Origin: an uncultured bacterium
GTDB taxonomy: Bacteria > UBA8481
Assembly: GCA_964499705.1 (NCBI GenBank)
Contig: CAZCME010000008.1
Span: 1-64,000 of the forward strand
Reading direction: 5' to 3'
Length of the DNA stretch: 64,000 bases
This document shows, piece by piece, positions 29,901 through 40,100 of this stretch (the stretch's first letter is position 1; each line of letters begins with the position of its first letter). The notes beneath the pieces were generated by a model. The model was given only the letters and a program-made list of their open reading frames with translations, was not told the DNA's origin and did no database searches. The position numbers were made by a program, and so were the translations under genes.

Positions 29901-30756
29901 ATCCGAGAATCGTCACGGCGTTGTTATTGATGATCTCCGTGGAGAGATTCGTTGTCGCGACGCTCGACGAAAATCCGTCGATCATGTAGAAGATCGACTC
30001 CTTTGCCTTGTTCGCCAGCTGAGCGAGCCTCCCCAGGATGTTCGCCGACCCCGTCGTCGAGCCGCCGTTGTTGTCCTCGGGAGAATAGCGCAGCTCCACC
30101 GTGTCACCGTAGGGTGAATAGAAGTTGATCGTCCCGTACGCCGAAGCGTCGTGGAACGTCCCCTTGGACATCTCATACATCTGGTTCTCGACCTTCTGCA
30201 TCATCGCCGGCAACTGCGACGCGCGGAAATAGATCGCGTTGTTGTTCTGGGAGTTGTAACCGCCCGCGGTGTGATTCGCGGAGGAGATGAGGTATCCCCT
30301 GTTCGCGGCATACGCGTCCTTGATATGCATGATCCCGCCGCCCGCCGCTTCCGTGACGTCCGTGACATTCGCATCCGAAAGTCCCTGCGCGTTAGCGAGC
30401 CCCGCTCCGCCGTCACCGTCGGCGATCAGATACGTCGGCCTCCCGCCCGCGGCCGACACGCCGTTCAGTCCCGCCGTCGAGGCTCCGTTGATGCCGTTGA
30501 CGGACCCGATGTCGGCGCTGCCCCATGTGAAGGAGCAGACATAGGCCGTATCCGTCGCGTCATTCGCCTGCTTCAGGACGAAGGAATTCCACCGTTCGAA
30601 CTGGGAGTTGGACGAATTGACCCCGTCGCCCGCAGTAAACTGCGCCCACCACCAGGGGGCAGACGACACGGGGATAGACAAGAACAATACGGGTACAAAT
30701 GCGAGGATAAGTTTAACAGGATGGGCAGGATGGGCAGGATAAATTCTTGTTTTCAA
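23911..30756 (-). CDS. Large secreted protein, 2281 aa: PLD-like domain, tandem ~100-aa FN3/Ig-like repeats, T9SS/FlgD-like C-terminal domain
   Basis: Signal peptide before PWWW; MHIKD and LHSKVMIVD..TGSPNFT (HKD-like); repeats ending DTYYWRV.A.D..GN; C-terminus VYPNPF..VEIYNASGRLV..WD..LASGMY..KIMIVR. Confidence 0.88.
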   Translation of the reverse strand: MKTRIYPAHPAHPVKLILAFVPVLFLSIPVSSAPWWWAQFTAGDGVNSSNSQFERWNSFVLKQANDATDTAYVCSFTWGSADIGSVNGINGASTAGLNGVSAAGGRPTYLIADGDGGAGLANAQGLSDANVTDVTEAAGGGIMHIKDAYAANRGYLISSANHTAGGYNSQNNNAIYFRASQLPAMMQKVENQMYEMSKGTFHDASAYGTINFYSPYGDTVELRYSPEDNNGGSTTGSANILGRLAQLANKAKESIFYMIDGFSSSVATTNLSTEIINNNAVTILGCGGAGTDWDATIQGNFEANHTHRNEAGAFNRLHSKVMIVDMEIVATGSPNFTSSAMTSVGGNDEAHVIVHDFRLARKYMQHYHKIMAAATADPSADAYDNTAPAAATAFTVTATDTAFYAAWTASATTDVSRYYLFVDTAVLTQAKIGDRVDNDADGYVDEDPRGDYDGFVSGTTFAAATAGDDDADGASDEDLWMAPEVMVKGRASTSGAITSWNVKDSLLQATNYYFGIVSVDTQGNEGVIATFGPLQLGIVVDTKLIVQLNSTVADTNGRRGDTNVIAAHVFVRGETGPKQDTLTIFAVKNLGNSDSRDMTVRLWRDEDSNARISAADTMLSQLAYSNTTRRFQATFASSDSRVRLGATGRTFLVTIDIFDTAGLGETFQARIDVRTCSSPRRDSGPGSASTNAGKITFIFVDTTPPAAFALTAPPDLTETRSLSVTLRWANAIEDSSPPVKYRVQIDTAGTYVSNILDTTGLTETFIVASLRANETHFWRVIASDNEGNTRNSATTNRIVVDTMPPGPATLIAPSSPKDTTLVSILFTWNAASDTGSGIFGYRLQIDTSNAFGTPLVDSTTTLTSGARTLAPNDTYYWRVIAVDDAGNTRAVGSNILRIDTAGPVAGSLASPAAGFDTSSRTIAFSWTAATDTGTGLAGYRLQIDTANTFASPLVDSATTLLNGTRTLAANDTYYWRVVATDTLGNATAYASRRLRIDTTIPPPARLISKNGDSFTSVVSLTWVASTDSIVGLAYYVVQADTAGTFVSLKDSATHYAGDTIHLFSVPISDTYFWRVLSYDSAGNVSISNPAFDTFVTYITDTTAPNAFALTAPADLTETRLTTITLRWQNALDSSNPVRYRVQVDTAGTFVAPSFDSTALLDTWINAPFPPNESSSWRVIATDNSGNTRAATSTRRVVVDTTGPAAGSLIAPANAHDTRFPTITFRWNPASDTGTGFNSYRLQIDTANSFAQPLVDSATTLTSGTRTLTANDTYYWRLIAVDDVGNTTASSPNLLRLDTVPPQAGTLATPATPHDTTATTIGFAWTPATDTLTGGVTYRLQVATAPTFAALLVDSATPLTSGSLTLPANDSYYWRAIAIDNAGNTVAYAASLARIDTTGPPSAGAVIPADILDTTSTILLFQWSAVVDTGVGGVSYRLQIDQDGLFVANLVDTSVSAQQLLISLPANDQYFWRVLTSDTLGNSTPNVTRSFRIDTAPPTQVALTTYSGDTVTTPVGLAWSLATDSITAVRYYNIQVDTSGAFASLAESATVPHPTINYASSLVQPDTYFWRVLAFDTLGNASISASDSFVLTRSDTVPPSSFNLVSPLDRTNTTSVTIAFQWQNSLDETSPPVRYQLQVDTTGAFTANVIDTSWLLDTFYPRSLAVNETYYWRVIARDNALNTRAAASSFRFAVDTAKPSIPILTALNGGSVSAPVLLTWSRSSDSIAGVSFYNIQVDTSSTFAFPLVDSVSLAHPDTDYFTAVLSSDTYYWRVYAFDSVGNSAVSATDSFVINTPDTRPPVFLAAFASPSSVSNSGTTAVTLTVLAADSSFVAGILVHLSPIGQSDSTAFSPATPVPSGDSRWTLVVIFDSRAAGDTYDLVVNAVDAANNVSTTTVRIIVVDTSSPLAMIADTPLKDLRAGGNELSIVSTYGDSFTQVRYEYRSVAPLSGWMICTAARGLPNPDTQAPFWGFFWDISPLTSGAQYDVRAVGTDKFGVTDPSPAFTRITVDQVDSRIHEFRDVATSNHIRRQRVTPETSAQLLIADGTGLSVPIGAVADSVWIRVTEYDSAPSFVTMGGGVTTAGSGSFREFLREDGARIFSKNLSITLPYSDTDILNDKVGVLTYNEADLAIYHFDEYLKVWVKEPTSIVDPVTNTVTATVDHFTIFAVLIGAPAAANLSQVAVYPNPFVPYDNVDKNGRPYNAADPTSGIIFDSLPVQVSVEIYNASGRLVATFAKTSNDARYAWDARADAGHELASGMYVAVIKSATGERAIRKIMIVR
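30715..30743. repeat. Left arm of the inverted repeat flanking the GxxExxY gene (3 x 9-bp CAGGAT-core units)
   Basis: AACAGGATGGGCAGGATGGGCAGGATAAA; 26/29 match to the reverse complement of 31121-31149. Confidence 0.85.
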
Positions 30757-31115
30757 CGGTGGAGTCGTTTGTATTCTATTTTCTTGTTTCCGAAATTTAT
30801 GAGCAATCCCACTTCCAGTCCTGACGCCTCGAGATAATTAATGACTTGGGCCTGGTGTTCCGGAGTGAGAGTTTTCACGGCCTTCAATTCTACGAGCACC
30901 TTGTCCTCGACTATCATGTCGGCCACGTAATCACCGACAATGACGTTGCGAAATTTCACCTTGAAGGGTACTTGAAGCGATGCATGCAGACCCTTGTCTT
31001 TGAGCGCCACAAACATCGCTTTTTCGTACACATTTTCCACGAATCCGGCGCCAAGTTCGTGTGCCACATCAAAAGCGGCTGCAAGAATCTGTTCCGTGAT
31101 TTCTTGATGCAACAT
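30753..31115 (-). CDS. GxxExxY protein (PD-(D/E)XK nuclease superfamily)
   Basis: LGAGFVENVYEKAM (GxxExxY), YVADMIVEDKVLVELKAV, HQAQVINYL..GLLINFG; visibly more AT-rich than its neighbours. Confidence 0.95.
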   Translation of the reverse strand: MLHQEITEQILAAAFDVAHELGAGFVENVYEKAMFVALKDKGLHASLQVPFKVKFRNVIVGDYVADMIVEDKVLVELKAVKTLTPEHQAQVINYLEASGLEVGLLINFGNKKIEYKRLHR

Positions 31116-31120
31116 AGTTT

Positions 31121-31149
31121 TTTATCCTGCCAATCCTGCCTATCCTGCT
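31121..31149. repeat. Right arm of the inverted repeat flanking the GxxExxY gene
   Basis: TTTATCCTGCCAATCCTGCCTATCCTGCT, three 9-bp ATCCTGC-core units. Confidence 0.85.
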
Positions 31150-31173
31150 AATAATTCTGTAAGGCGCCCGGTG

Positions 31174-34100
31174 CTACCGAACGATCATGATCTTCCTGAT
31201 CGCTCTCTCCCCGGTGGAAGACTTGATGACCGCGACGTACATGCCTGACGCCAGCTCGCGACCGTCGTCGGTCCTGGCGTCCCAGGCGTAGCGCGCGTCG
31301 TTGGACGCCTTGGAGAATGTGGCGACGAGCCGGCCGGCGGCGTCGAAGATCTCGACGCTGACCTGCGCCGGGAGGCTGTCGAAGATGATGCCGGACGTCG
31401 GATCGGCGGCGTTGTACGGCTTGCCGTTCCGGTCGATGTTGTCGTAGGGAACGAAGGGATTCGGATAGACGACGACGCCGGAAATGTTGGCGGCGGCGGG
31501 TGCGCCGACGAGGACCGCGAAGATCGTGAAGTGATTGACCGTCGCGGTGACGTTGTTCCGAACGGGATCGACGACGGAGCTGTTCTCCTTGATCCAGACC
31601 TTCAGATACTCGTCGTAATGATAGATCGCGAGATCGGCCTCGTTGAACGATGTCACGCCGACGCGATCGTTCTGGAAGTCGGTGTCGGAATAGGGCAGCG
31701 TGATCGTCACGTTCGTCAGGAACGTCCGTCCGCCGTCCTCGCGGATGAACTCGCGGAAGAAGCCGTTGCCGGCCGTCGTGAAGCTCGTTCCCATAACAAC
31801 CGTCGACGGCGCCGTGTCGTACTCCGTGATCCGGATCCAGACGGTGTCGGAGATCGCTCCCGCGGGCACGGTGAGAATCGTCCCGTCGGCGATCATGAGC
31901 TGCGCGGTCGTGTCATCCGATACAAGTTGGCGGCGGATATGATTCGAAGTTGCCGCTTCACGATATTCGTGGATGACCGAGTCGACCTGGTCGATCGTCA
32001 CGCGAACGAAGGACGGGCTCGGATCGGTGACGCCGAAGATATCCGTTCCCACGGCACGGACGTCGTACTGGCGGCCAGTGACTAGACCCGAGATGTCCCA
32101 GAAGAAGCCCCAGAAAGGCGACTGAGTATCGGGATTCGAAAGTCCCTGCGCCGCTGTGCAGATCATCCATCCGCTCGGCGGATTCACCGACCGGAATTCG
32201 TATCGGACGCTCGTGAAAGAATCGCCGTACGTCGAGATGATCGAGAGCTCATTGCCGCCCGCGCGGAGATCCTTCAGGGGAGTATCCAGGACAACCGCGA
32301 GCGGGGCGGACGTATCCTGCACAATGACGCGTACTGTAGTCGTGGAGAAGTTGCCGGAAGCGTCGCGGGAATTGATGACGAGGTCGTACGTGTCGCCGAC
32401 GACGATCGTGTCGAAGACGACGGAGAGGGTCCACTTGGAATCCTGGGACGGAACGGCCGCGTTCGGCGTGAAGCCTGTCGAGTCGCTCTTCCCGATCGTC
32501 GAGAGATGGATGACGACGGTATCGACGTATGAGCTGTCGAGCGTGTAGACGGTGAAGGTTACGGTCGTCGTCCCCGTGTTCGAGACGAGCGACGGCGAGG
32601 CGGATGCGGAGAGGATAACCGGCGCCACGGTGTCGGGCGTCTTGATGACGAAACTGTCTGTCGACGAGAGCGCGACATTACCGAGCGCGTCGAATGCGTA
32701 GACGCGCCAGTAGTAGGTGTCCGGAGCGAGTACCGCGGTGAAATAATCCGTGTCCGGATGCGCTGTGGAGGCGGAATCCGTCAGCGGCAGGGTGAATCCC
32801 GCCGCATTGTCGACCTGGACATTGTACGTCGCTACGCCGGCGATGGAATCCGATGAGAGTTTCCACGCGAGGTAAACGGGCGATGTGACGGTCGCTCCGT
32901 TCTTCTTCGTCAGGATCGGCGCGGCAGGCGAGCTCGTGTCGATCGCGAAGCGGAATGTAGTCGTGGAAACCGTCGTGTTCAACGCGTTGTCGCGCGCGAT
33001 GACGCGCCAGTAGTACGTATCGTTTGCGCGCAGCGTAATAGTCACGAACGTGTCGGCAAGCCAGGACGTATCGACGATATTGGATGTGAAGGCGCCGATT
33101 GTATCGACCTGGAGATTGTACCGGACAGGCGGCGAGGTATCGTCGAGCGAATTTCCCCAGCGGAACGTGATCGAAACCGCGGACGTATTGGAGAAATTCG
33201 CAGGTGACGTCAGCGTGAACGCCGATGGCGGCACGGTGTCCGTCTTCCGGAGGTAGAACGAATCGGTGGCGGAAATCGATGTATTGCCCAGCGTATCGAT
33301 GGCGAGAACGCGCCAGAAGTACGTGTCGGTCTGGACGAGCGCGGAGAGATTGTCGGTGTCGGGATGCGTCGTCGTGACGGATTCCAGGAGCGCGACGAAG
33401 GCTCCGGACGTGTCGATCTGGACAACGTAGCTCCGGACCGACGTCACGCTATCCGTCGCAAGAGACCAGCGCAGAGTAACAGGAGGCGGTGTCGAGTCGC
33501 CGTTGAATTTCGCGAGGATCACCTGCGTCGGCGGAGCGGTGTCGATCCGGAACCGGCGTGATGCGTTTACCGTCGTGTTGCCGGTGTTGTCGACTGCGAT
33601 GACGCGCCAGAAATACGTGTCATTGGCTGGCGTCGTGCGCTGGACGGACGTCAATGGAGTGGCGGAATCGACAAGCGGCGCGAGGAACGTATTGGACGTA
33701 TCGATCTGGAGCCGGTACGTCACGTTGCCGGATCCGGTGTCGGATGAAGCGGACCACGTGAACGTGAGCGTTGTGTTCGTCGTGTCGTGAAGATCGACCG
33801 GGACCGTGGACGAAGGTGACGTCGGGCCCGTCGTATCGATCCTGATGAGGAACGCCGAGTATGCCACCGTGTTGCCCGCGTTATCCGTCGCGATGACGCG
33901 CCAGTAGTAGCTGTCGTTCGCGGCGAGCGTCCTTGTCCCGGTCGTCAACGGCGTCGCGGAATCGACCGATGGCGCCAGGAATGTATTCGCCGTGTCGATC
34001 TGTAGCCGGTACGTCACGCCTCCGGAGAGCGTGTCCGTCGCCGCCGTCCAGGAGAAGGTGATCGCCGTCGCCGTCGTGTCGTGCGGATTGCCCGGCGCTG

Positions 34101-37100
34101 AGAGAGCTCCGGCCTGCGGCGGAACCGTATCGACGCGAAGTGTATTTCCCGCGACGGCCGTCGTGTTGCCCACGTCATCCACGGCGATCACTCTCCAGTA
34201 ATACGTATCGTTCGGCGGGAGGGTACGGGCGCCGGAAGTCACCGTCGTCGCTGAATCCACGAGGAGCGACGCGAAGGTGTTCGCCGTGTCGATCTGGAGC
34301 CGGTATCCGGCAAGACCGGTTCCGGTATCGGACGACGCGCTCCATGCGAACGAGATCGCCGTGATCCTGGTATCGTGCGGCGACGCGGGCGCTGTCAGGG
34401 CGAAGGCATTCGGACCCGTCGTATCGCAGACGACGCGACGGCTCGCCGCGACGATCGTGGTGTTGCCGGCGTTATCCGTCGCGATGACTCTCCATGTGGA
34501 GGTATCGTTCGCGCGGAAAATCCCGACGACAAAGCTCTCGAGCAACTGCGTCGTGTCGAAGTAGGGCGCCGCGAATGTGCCTCCGATGTCGATCTGGACG
34601 CGATACCGGACGGGTATCGAGGAATCGAGCGCGTTGGTCCACCGGAGAATCACGGATGTCGCGCGCGTCTCGTGCAGATCCGCGGGATCCGTCAAGCTGA
34701 AGGCCGAAGGCGGAGTCGTGTCGAAGATGAGGATAACGAAGGAGTCCGCTGTTCCTGACGATATCGAGAAGTTGCCGGCGGAATCGTACGCGAGGACGCG
34801 CCAGAAATACGTGTCCATGGCCGTCTGCGACGAGATGTGGTCCGTATCTCCCGCCGCAATCTGGACCGATTCCTTCAGCGTCGCGAAGGTACCGGCCGTG
34901 TCGATCTGGACGATGTGGAAAGCCAGGCCGGAAAGTGTATCGGTTGTCGCGACCCATCGGAGCGTCGCGAGCGTCGTCTCCTGGAAGCCGTTCTTCCGGA
35001 TGAGCGTCACCTGAGCGGGCGGAACCGTGTCTATCCGGAGGATCCGCGCCGTGTACGGCGATGTGTTCGTTGCGCTGTCGACCGCGACGACGCGCCAGTA
35101 GTACGTGTCGTTCGGCGTCAATGTCCGCGATCCGCTCGTCAGCGTCGTCGTCGAATCCACGAGCGGCGCCGCGAATGTCCCGGACGTGTCGATCTGGAGC
35201 CGGTAGAACAGGACGCCGGTGATCGTGTCCGATGCCGCCGTCCAGGAGAAGGCGATCGTTGTCGAGGACGTGTCGAAGTTCGCCGCGGGCGAAGCGAGCG
35301 ATCCCGCGACCGGCGCGGCGGTGTCGACGCGGAAGATCCGCGAAGCGACCGCCGTCGTGTTGCCCGCGTTATCCACGCCGACGACGCGCCAGTAGTACGT
35401 GTCGTTCAGCGCCAGCGTCCGCGAAGCGGTCGTCAACGGCGTCGTGGAGTCGATGAACGGCGTCGCGAAGGTGGAAGATGTATCGATCTGTAGACGATAG
35501 AGAACGACGCCGGATCCCGTGTCGCTGAACGCGTTCCAAGTGAACGCGATCGCCGTGTTGCTTGTGTCATGGCCGGACGCGGGCGCGGCAAGCGGCGCGG
35601 AGGTCGGAGGCACCGTGTCGATCCGCAGCGTATTCAGCCCGACGACGGTCGTATTGCCGACGTCATCCGTCGCGATGACGCGCCAGTAATACGTATCGTT
35701 GGCATTGAGCGTTCTCGTGCCGGTCGTCATTGTGGTCGAGGAATCGACGAGCGGCACCGCGAACGTGACGGCGGAATCGATCTGGAGCCTGTAACTCGCG
35801 AATCCGGTTCCCGTATCCGAGGACGCCGTCCATGCGAAAGCGATCGTCACCGCCGTCGTGTCGTGCGGCGACGCCGGAGCCGTCAGCACGAATGCATTCG
35901 GCCCCGTTGTGTCGCAGACGACGCGCCGGCTCGCCGCGACGACGGTCGTGTTGCCGGCATTATCCGTCGCGATGACGCGCCACGTCGATGTGTCGTTCGC
36001 GGTGAAGATCCCGGTCACGAAGGTGTCCAGGAGCCCCGTCGTGTCGAAGTAGGGCGCGGCGAAGGTGCCTCCTATGTCGATCTGGACGCGATACCGGATC
36101 GGGATCGAGGAATCGAGAGAGTTGGTCCACCGCAGGATCACCGACGTGGCGCGCGTCTCGTGCATGTCGGGCGGATCGGTGAGCGAAAACGCCGCAGGCG
36201 GCGTCGTGTCGGTCACGATCAGGCGGAAGCTGTCCGGAACCCCGGAAGAGACCGAGAAGTTCCCCGCGCTGTCGTACGCCAGGACGCGCCAATAATACGT
36301 GTCGATCGCAGTCTGCGACGAGATGTGGTCGGTATCTCCGGCTGGAATCTGGACAGATTCCTTCAGCGTCGCGAACGTGCCGGCCGTGTCGATCTGTACG
36401 ATGTAGAACGAGATTCCCGAGATCGTATCGACGCCTGTGACCCACGAGAGCGTCACGAGCGTCGTGAACGTATCGCCGTTCTTCCGGATCAAACTCACCT
36501 GGGCGGGCGGCGCCGTGTCGATCCGAACGATCCTCGACGCATACGGCGCCGTATTCGTCGCGCTGTCGACCGCGACGACGCGCCAGTAATAGGTGTCGTT
36601 GACGGCAAGCGTTCTTGATCCCGTCGTCAAGGGCGTCGTCGAATCCACAAGCAGCGATGCGAACGTCCCGGACGTATCGATCTGCAAACGATAATAGAGC
36701 AGGCCGGAGATCGTGTCCGAAGCGGACGCCCACGAGAACGCGATCGTCTGCGACGACGTGTCGAAGCCGGCGGCCGGCGCCGTCAACGTCGCCACGATCG
36801 GCGTGACCGTGTCGACGCGCAGCCGCGTCGAGGAATACGCCGTTGTGTTGCCCGCGTTGTCGACGGCTACCACTCTCCAGAAGTAGGTATCGTTCGGAGC
36901 CAGCGTCCGGACCCCGTTCAGGATCGTCGTCGTCGAATCGATGAACGGTGTCGCGAAGGAGGAGGTCGTGTCGATCTGGAGTCTGTATCGCGCGATACCC
37001 GAAACCGCATCCGTCGCCGCAGTCCAACGGAAGGTGACCGCAAGGAGGTTAGTATCGGCGCCCGCGCCCGGCGTAGAGAGCGCTCCTGCGGTCGGAACAG

Positions 37101-40100
37101 CGGTATCGATCCTCAGCATCCGAGCGGTGACGGCCGTCGTGTTCCCCGCATCGTCCACGGCGACAACGCGCCAGTACATCGTGTCATTCGCGGGAAGCGT
37201 GAGTGTTCCGGAAGTGAGCGTCGTCGCGGAATCCGCGAAGATACCTCCACCGAAGACCGCCGCGGTATCGACCTGGAGCTGATACCGGTTCACTCCAGAT
37301 CCCGCGTCCGCCGCCGCCGTCCACGTAAAGGTGAAGGTCGTGACGTTCGTGTCGTGCGGATCGGCGGGCGTCAAGAGCGCGAGGCCGGTCGGCCCGGCAG
37401 TGTCCACGATGACCCGGCGCGGCGCGACCGCCGTCGTATTCCCTGCGTTGTCCGTCGCGATGACGCGCCAGAAGTACGTGTCGTTCGGCGGGAACGTCGC
37501 GGAGAGGACCGTGTCGAGAAGATTCGTCGTGTCGATCACGTTCGCCGTGAACGCGCCGGATGTGTCGACCTGGACGTGATACCGGACTGGCGGAGAACTG
37601 TCGAGCGAGTCGGTCCACCGGAGGAGGATCGTCGTGGCTTTCGTCTCGTGGAGATCCGCGGGGGACGAGAGGGAGAACGCCGTCGGCGGCGTCGTGTCGG
37701 TGATGACCATGCGGAAGCTGTCCACCACCGGGCTCGATACGCGCGAATTTCCCGCGCTGTCGTACGTCAGCACGCGCCAGTAATACGTATCGACGTTGCT
37801 GACGCTCGCGAGATAATCGGTGTCGTTCGCCAGCGTCGTCCCGGATTCCAGCAAGGAGGCGAACGTGCCGGCGGTGTCGATCTGGACGTTGTAATAGAGA
37901 ACGCCCACGAGCGAATCCGCCGCCGCCGTCCAGGCGAGCGTCACGAGCGTCGTGTTGGTGTCGCCGTTCTTCAGCGTCAGGCGCGCCGCGCCGGGAAGGC
38001 CGGTATCGACGCGAATGCGTTGCGAGACGTACGGCGTGCTGTTGCCGACGCTGTCGGTCACGAGCACGCGCCAGAAATACGTGTCGTTGACGGCAAGCGT
38101 CAGTGTTCCTGCCAGGAGCAATCCCGTCGAGGAATCGGCGACCAGCGAGACGAAGGCGTTCGACGTGTCGACCTGGAGCCGATAGCTCGAAATGCCAGTA
38201 CCGGCGTCTGTGGCCGCCGTCCACGCGAAGGACAGGGTCCGGGAGGACGTGTCGAAGCCGGCCTGCGGCGACGTGAGCGCGCCCGCGACGGGACCCGTCG
38301 TGTCGACGCGCACGAGCCTGGACGTCGTCGCGACCGTGTTGCCCGCGTCGTCCACCGTCACGACGCGCCAGTAATACGTGTCGTTCGGATTGAGAGCCCG
38401 CGTTCCCGCCGTAAGCGGCGTGGTCGAATCGGCGACGAGGAGCGTGAACGCGTTCGCCGTATCGATCTGCAGCCGGTAATACGCGACGCCGGTGCCTGTG
38501 TCCGTCGACGCGTTCCACGAGAACGTGATCGATGTGTTGGACGTGTCGTGGTTGTCCGCGGGCGCGACGAGCGCCCCGGCGATCGGAACCGTCGTGTCGA
38601 TGACGATCCGGCGCGACGAGCTCACCGTCGTGTTCCGCGCGTCGTCGACCGCCACGATTCTCCAATAGTACGTGTCGTTTACCGCCAGCGTGCGCGTGGC
38701 GGTCACCGCGACGCCCGTCGTCGAGTCGATGAACGGCGCGGGGAACGCGGGATTCGTGTCGACCTGGATCCGGTGCTCGAAAAGACCCGTGAACGCGTCC
38801 GTCGCCGTCGCCCATGTGAACGTGATCGAGACGGCGGATGTCTCCAGCGGATCGGCCGGAGCGGTCAGCGTCGCCGCGACCGGCGGCGTCGTGTCGACGT
38901 AGATCGTCCGCGCGGCCGTCGCCGTCGTGTTCCTCGCATCGTCAACGGCCACGATCCTCCAGTAATACGTGTCGCTGCCGGCAAGCGCGCGGGAAGCCGA
39001 TGTGGCGACGCCGGTGGACGAATCGACGAACGGCGCCGCAAAGGCAGGATTCGTGTCGATCTGGAGCCGGTGCTCGAAGAGGCCGGTAAAGGCGTCCGAG
39101 GCCGCCGTCCACGTGAACGTGACCGTCGTGACGCTCGTTTCGGAATTGTCTGCGGGCGTAGAGAGCGTCGCGGCGGCGGGCGGTACCGTGTCAATGTACA
39201 GCGTCCTTGCGGCGGTCGCGGTCGTATTCCGCGCATCGTCGATCGCGACGACTCTCCAGTAATACGTGTCGTTGGCCGCGAGCGACCGGACGCCGGAGGT
39301 GAAGAAGCTCGTGGAAGAATCGATTATCGGCGACGCGAACGTCGGAGACGTATCGATCTGGAGCCGATGCTCGAAGAGGCCTGTGAAGGCATCCGTCGCA
39401 GACGCCCATGTGAACGCGATCGTCGTGACGCTCGTCTCGGAGTTGTCCGCCGGAACCGCAAGCGTCGCGGCGACCGGCGGAGTCGTGTCGACGTAGATCG
39501 TCCGCGCGGCGGTAGCGGTCGTGTTCCGCGCGTCGTCGACCGCGAGGATCCGCCAGAAGTACGTGTCGCTCCCGGCCAGGGAGCGGATCGCGGTCGTCGC
39601 CATTCCCGTCGAGGAATCGATGAACGGAGCCGCGAACGTTCCCGCGGTGTCGATCTGGATCCGATGCTCGAAGAGTCCGCTAAAGGCGTCAGAGGCCGCC
39701 GTCCACGTGAAGAGAATGCTCGTCACGCTCGTCTCGCTGCTGTCCGCGGGCAGGCCGAGCGTGGCGGCGACAGGAGGAACGGTATCGATGAAGAGCGTAT
39801 TGGGCGAGGACGCCACGGTGTTACCGACGTCGTCGACCGCGACGACGCGCCAGAAATACGTGTCGCCCGCCGCGAGCGTTCGAGTCCCGGTCGTCGTCAA
39901 TCCCGTCGAGGAATCGACGAGCAGGGAGAGGAACGCGCCGGACGTGTCGATCTGGAGCCGGTGCTCGAAGAGACCGGAGAGCGAGTCGGACGCCGAAGAC
40001 CACGAGAACGCGATCGAGAGCCGGCTCGTCTCATGATTGTTCGCCGGGGCCGTGAGCGACGCGGCGACCGGCGGCGTCGTATCGACGAAGACGGACCGGA

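Noticed and set aside
30715-31149. CAGGAT repeats as a CRISPR array
   Set aside because: 9-bp tandem units without spacers, arranged as inverted arms; no cas genes.
23911-32700. Similar 3' ends of the two large genes as a diversity-generating retroelement TR/VR pair
   Set aside because: Differences are spread over all bases, mostly at synonymous positions, both copies are coding, and no reverse transcriptase is present; ordinary paralogy explains it.
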